A DNA stretch of 30,048 nt from Chiloscyllium plagiosum (taxonomy: Eukaryota): contig NC_057718.1 in assembly GCF_004010195.1 (NCBI RefSeq), forward strand, positions 65,287,811-65,317,858, given 5' to 3'. The notes under the pieces are model-generated. The model was not told where the DNA came from. It saw only the letters and a program-made list of their open reading frames with translations, and did not search any database. Both the position numbers and the translations under genes were made by a program. Numbering within the stretch: position 1 is the first letter of the stretch; the number at the start of each line of letters is the position of its first letter. Of the stretch, positions 28,982-30,048 are shown one piece after another.

Positions 28982-30048
28982 CCCCATTTCGGAGCAGCGA
29001 GAGCCGGGAGGAGGTGCCGTTATTGCGAGGTGATTGTCGGGAAGGCCGGTAAGTATACTTAAACTTCTTACCTTCAGGCTAGCGAGGGAGGAGTGAGCAA
29101 AGGACTACTGGGAAGGGTAAGTAGAACAGGTTATATTTGCTTGGTTGCAGAGCAGTAATCATTGGGGACTCGATAGTTATGGGGACAGATAGGAGGTTCT
29201 GTGGAGACGAGAGAGACTCACGGTTGGTGTGTTGCCTCCCGGGTGCCAGGGTCCGTGATGTCTCTGATCGTGTTTTTGGGACCCTTTGGGGGGAGGGAGA
29301 GCAGCCCCAAGTCGTGGTCCACATTGGCACCAACAACATAGGCCGGAAGAGAGGAGGGGACTTGAGGCAGAAATTCAGGGAGCTAGGATGGAAGCTTAGA
29401 GCTAGGACAAACAGAGTTGTTTTCTCTGGTTTGCTGCCCGTGCCACGTGCTACTGAGGTGAGGAATACTGAGGGAGAGAAAGGAGTTGAGCACGTGACTA
29501 CAGGGATGGTGCAGGAAGGAGGGTTTTGGGTTTTTGGATAATTGGAGCTCTTTCTGGGGTAGGTGGGTCCTCTATATGCAGGATGGTCTTCATCTAAAGC
29601 AGAGGGTACCAATATCCTGGGTACCAATATCCTGGGTGGGAAATTCGCTAAAGCTATTAAGGTGGACTTAAACTAATACAGCAGGGGGATGGGAACCAAA
29701 ATTGTAGCACAGGTACAGAAGAGGATGAGAGTAGGGAGTTCCAAAATCAAGTATCTGACACTGGCAAGCGAGAACCTGGTTTGAAGTGTGTGTACTTCAA
29801 CGTGAGGAGCATCCGAGATAAAGTGGGTGAACTGGCAGTGTGGGTTGGTACCTGGGACTTCGATGTTGTGGCCTTTATGGAGACATGGATAGAGCAGGGA
29901 CAGGAATGGCTGTTGCAGGTTCCAGGATTCAGATGTTTCAGTAAAAACAGAGAAGATGGTAAAAGAGGGGGAGGTGTGGCATTGTTGATCAGGGACAACA
30001 TTACAGTTGTAGAAAGGATGTTTGGGGACTCATTAACTGAGGTAGTAT
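28982..30048 (+). mobile_element. CR1 LINE 5' portion (5' UTR, esterase ORF1, start of ORF2 APE), continuing beyond the window
   Basis: VIIGDSIV.GTDRRFCG...VCCLPGARVRDV...VVHIGTNNIG (SGNH esterase), GLHL motif near 29585, then GLKCVYFNVRSIRDK...ETW...GGGVALLIR open from 29778 to the window end. Confidence 0.9.

Overview
Eukaryotic, repeat-saturated genomic DNA, almost certainly from a cartilaginous fish (elasmobranch; inferred from HE1-type V-SINEs sharing a 3' tail with HER1/CR1 LINEs). No intact host protein-coding gene can be supported. Most of the window is nested retroelements: many CR1/HER1 LINE pieces (including a near full-length copy with an inverted 5' half at 8735-13247 and the 5' part of another at the right edge), a 5'-truncated Rex1/Babar LINE, a degenerate Tx1/L1-clade LINE, HE1 and other SINEs, a probable solo LTR and more than a dozen Penelope-like element (PLE) remnants. 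There is a 966-bp assembly gap. The most striking signal is a dispersed set of minimal hammerhead-ribozyme cores (CUGANGA-stem II-GAAACGUH) in the PLE terminal repeats, with compensatory stem changes between families. They often sit in fold-back insertions flanked by target-site duplications (TSDs). Unique stretches contain an E-box plus tandem octamer cluster (~5180-5213), a strong CTCF-like motif (27769-27782) and a few low-confidence candidate exons. Family names come from recognition, not from database searches.
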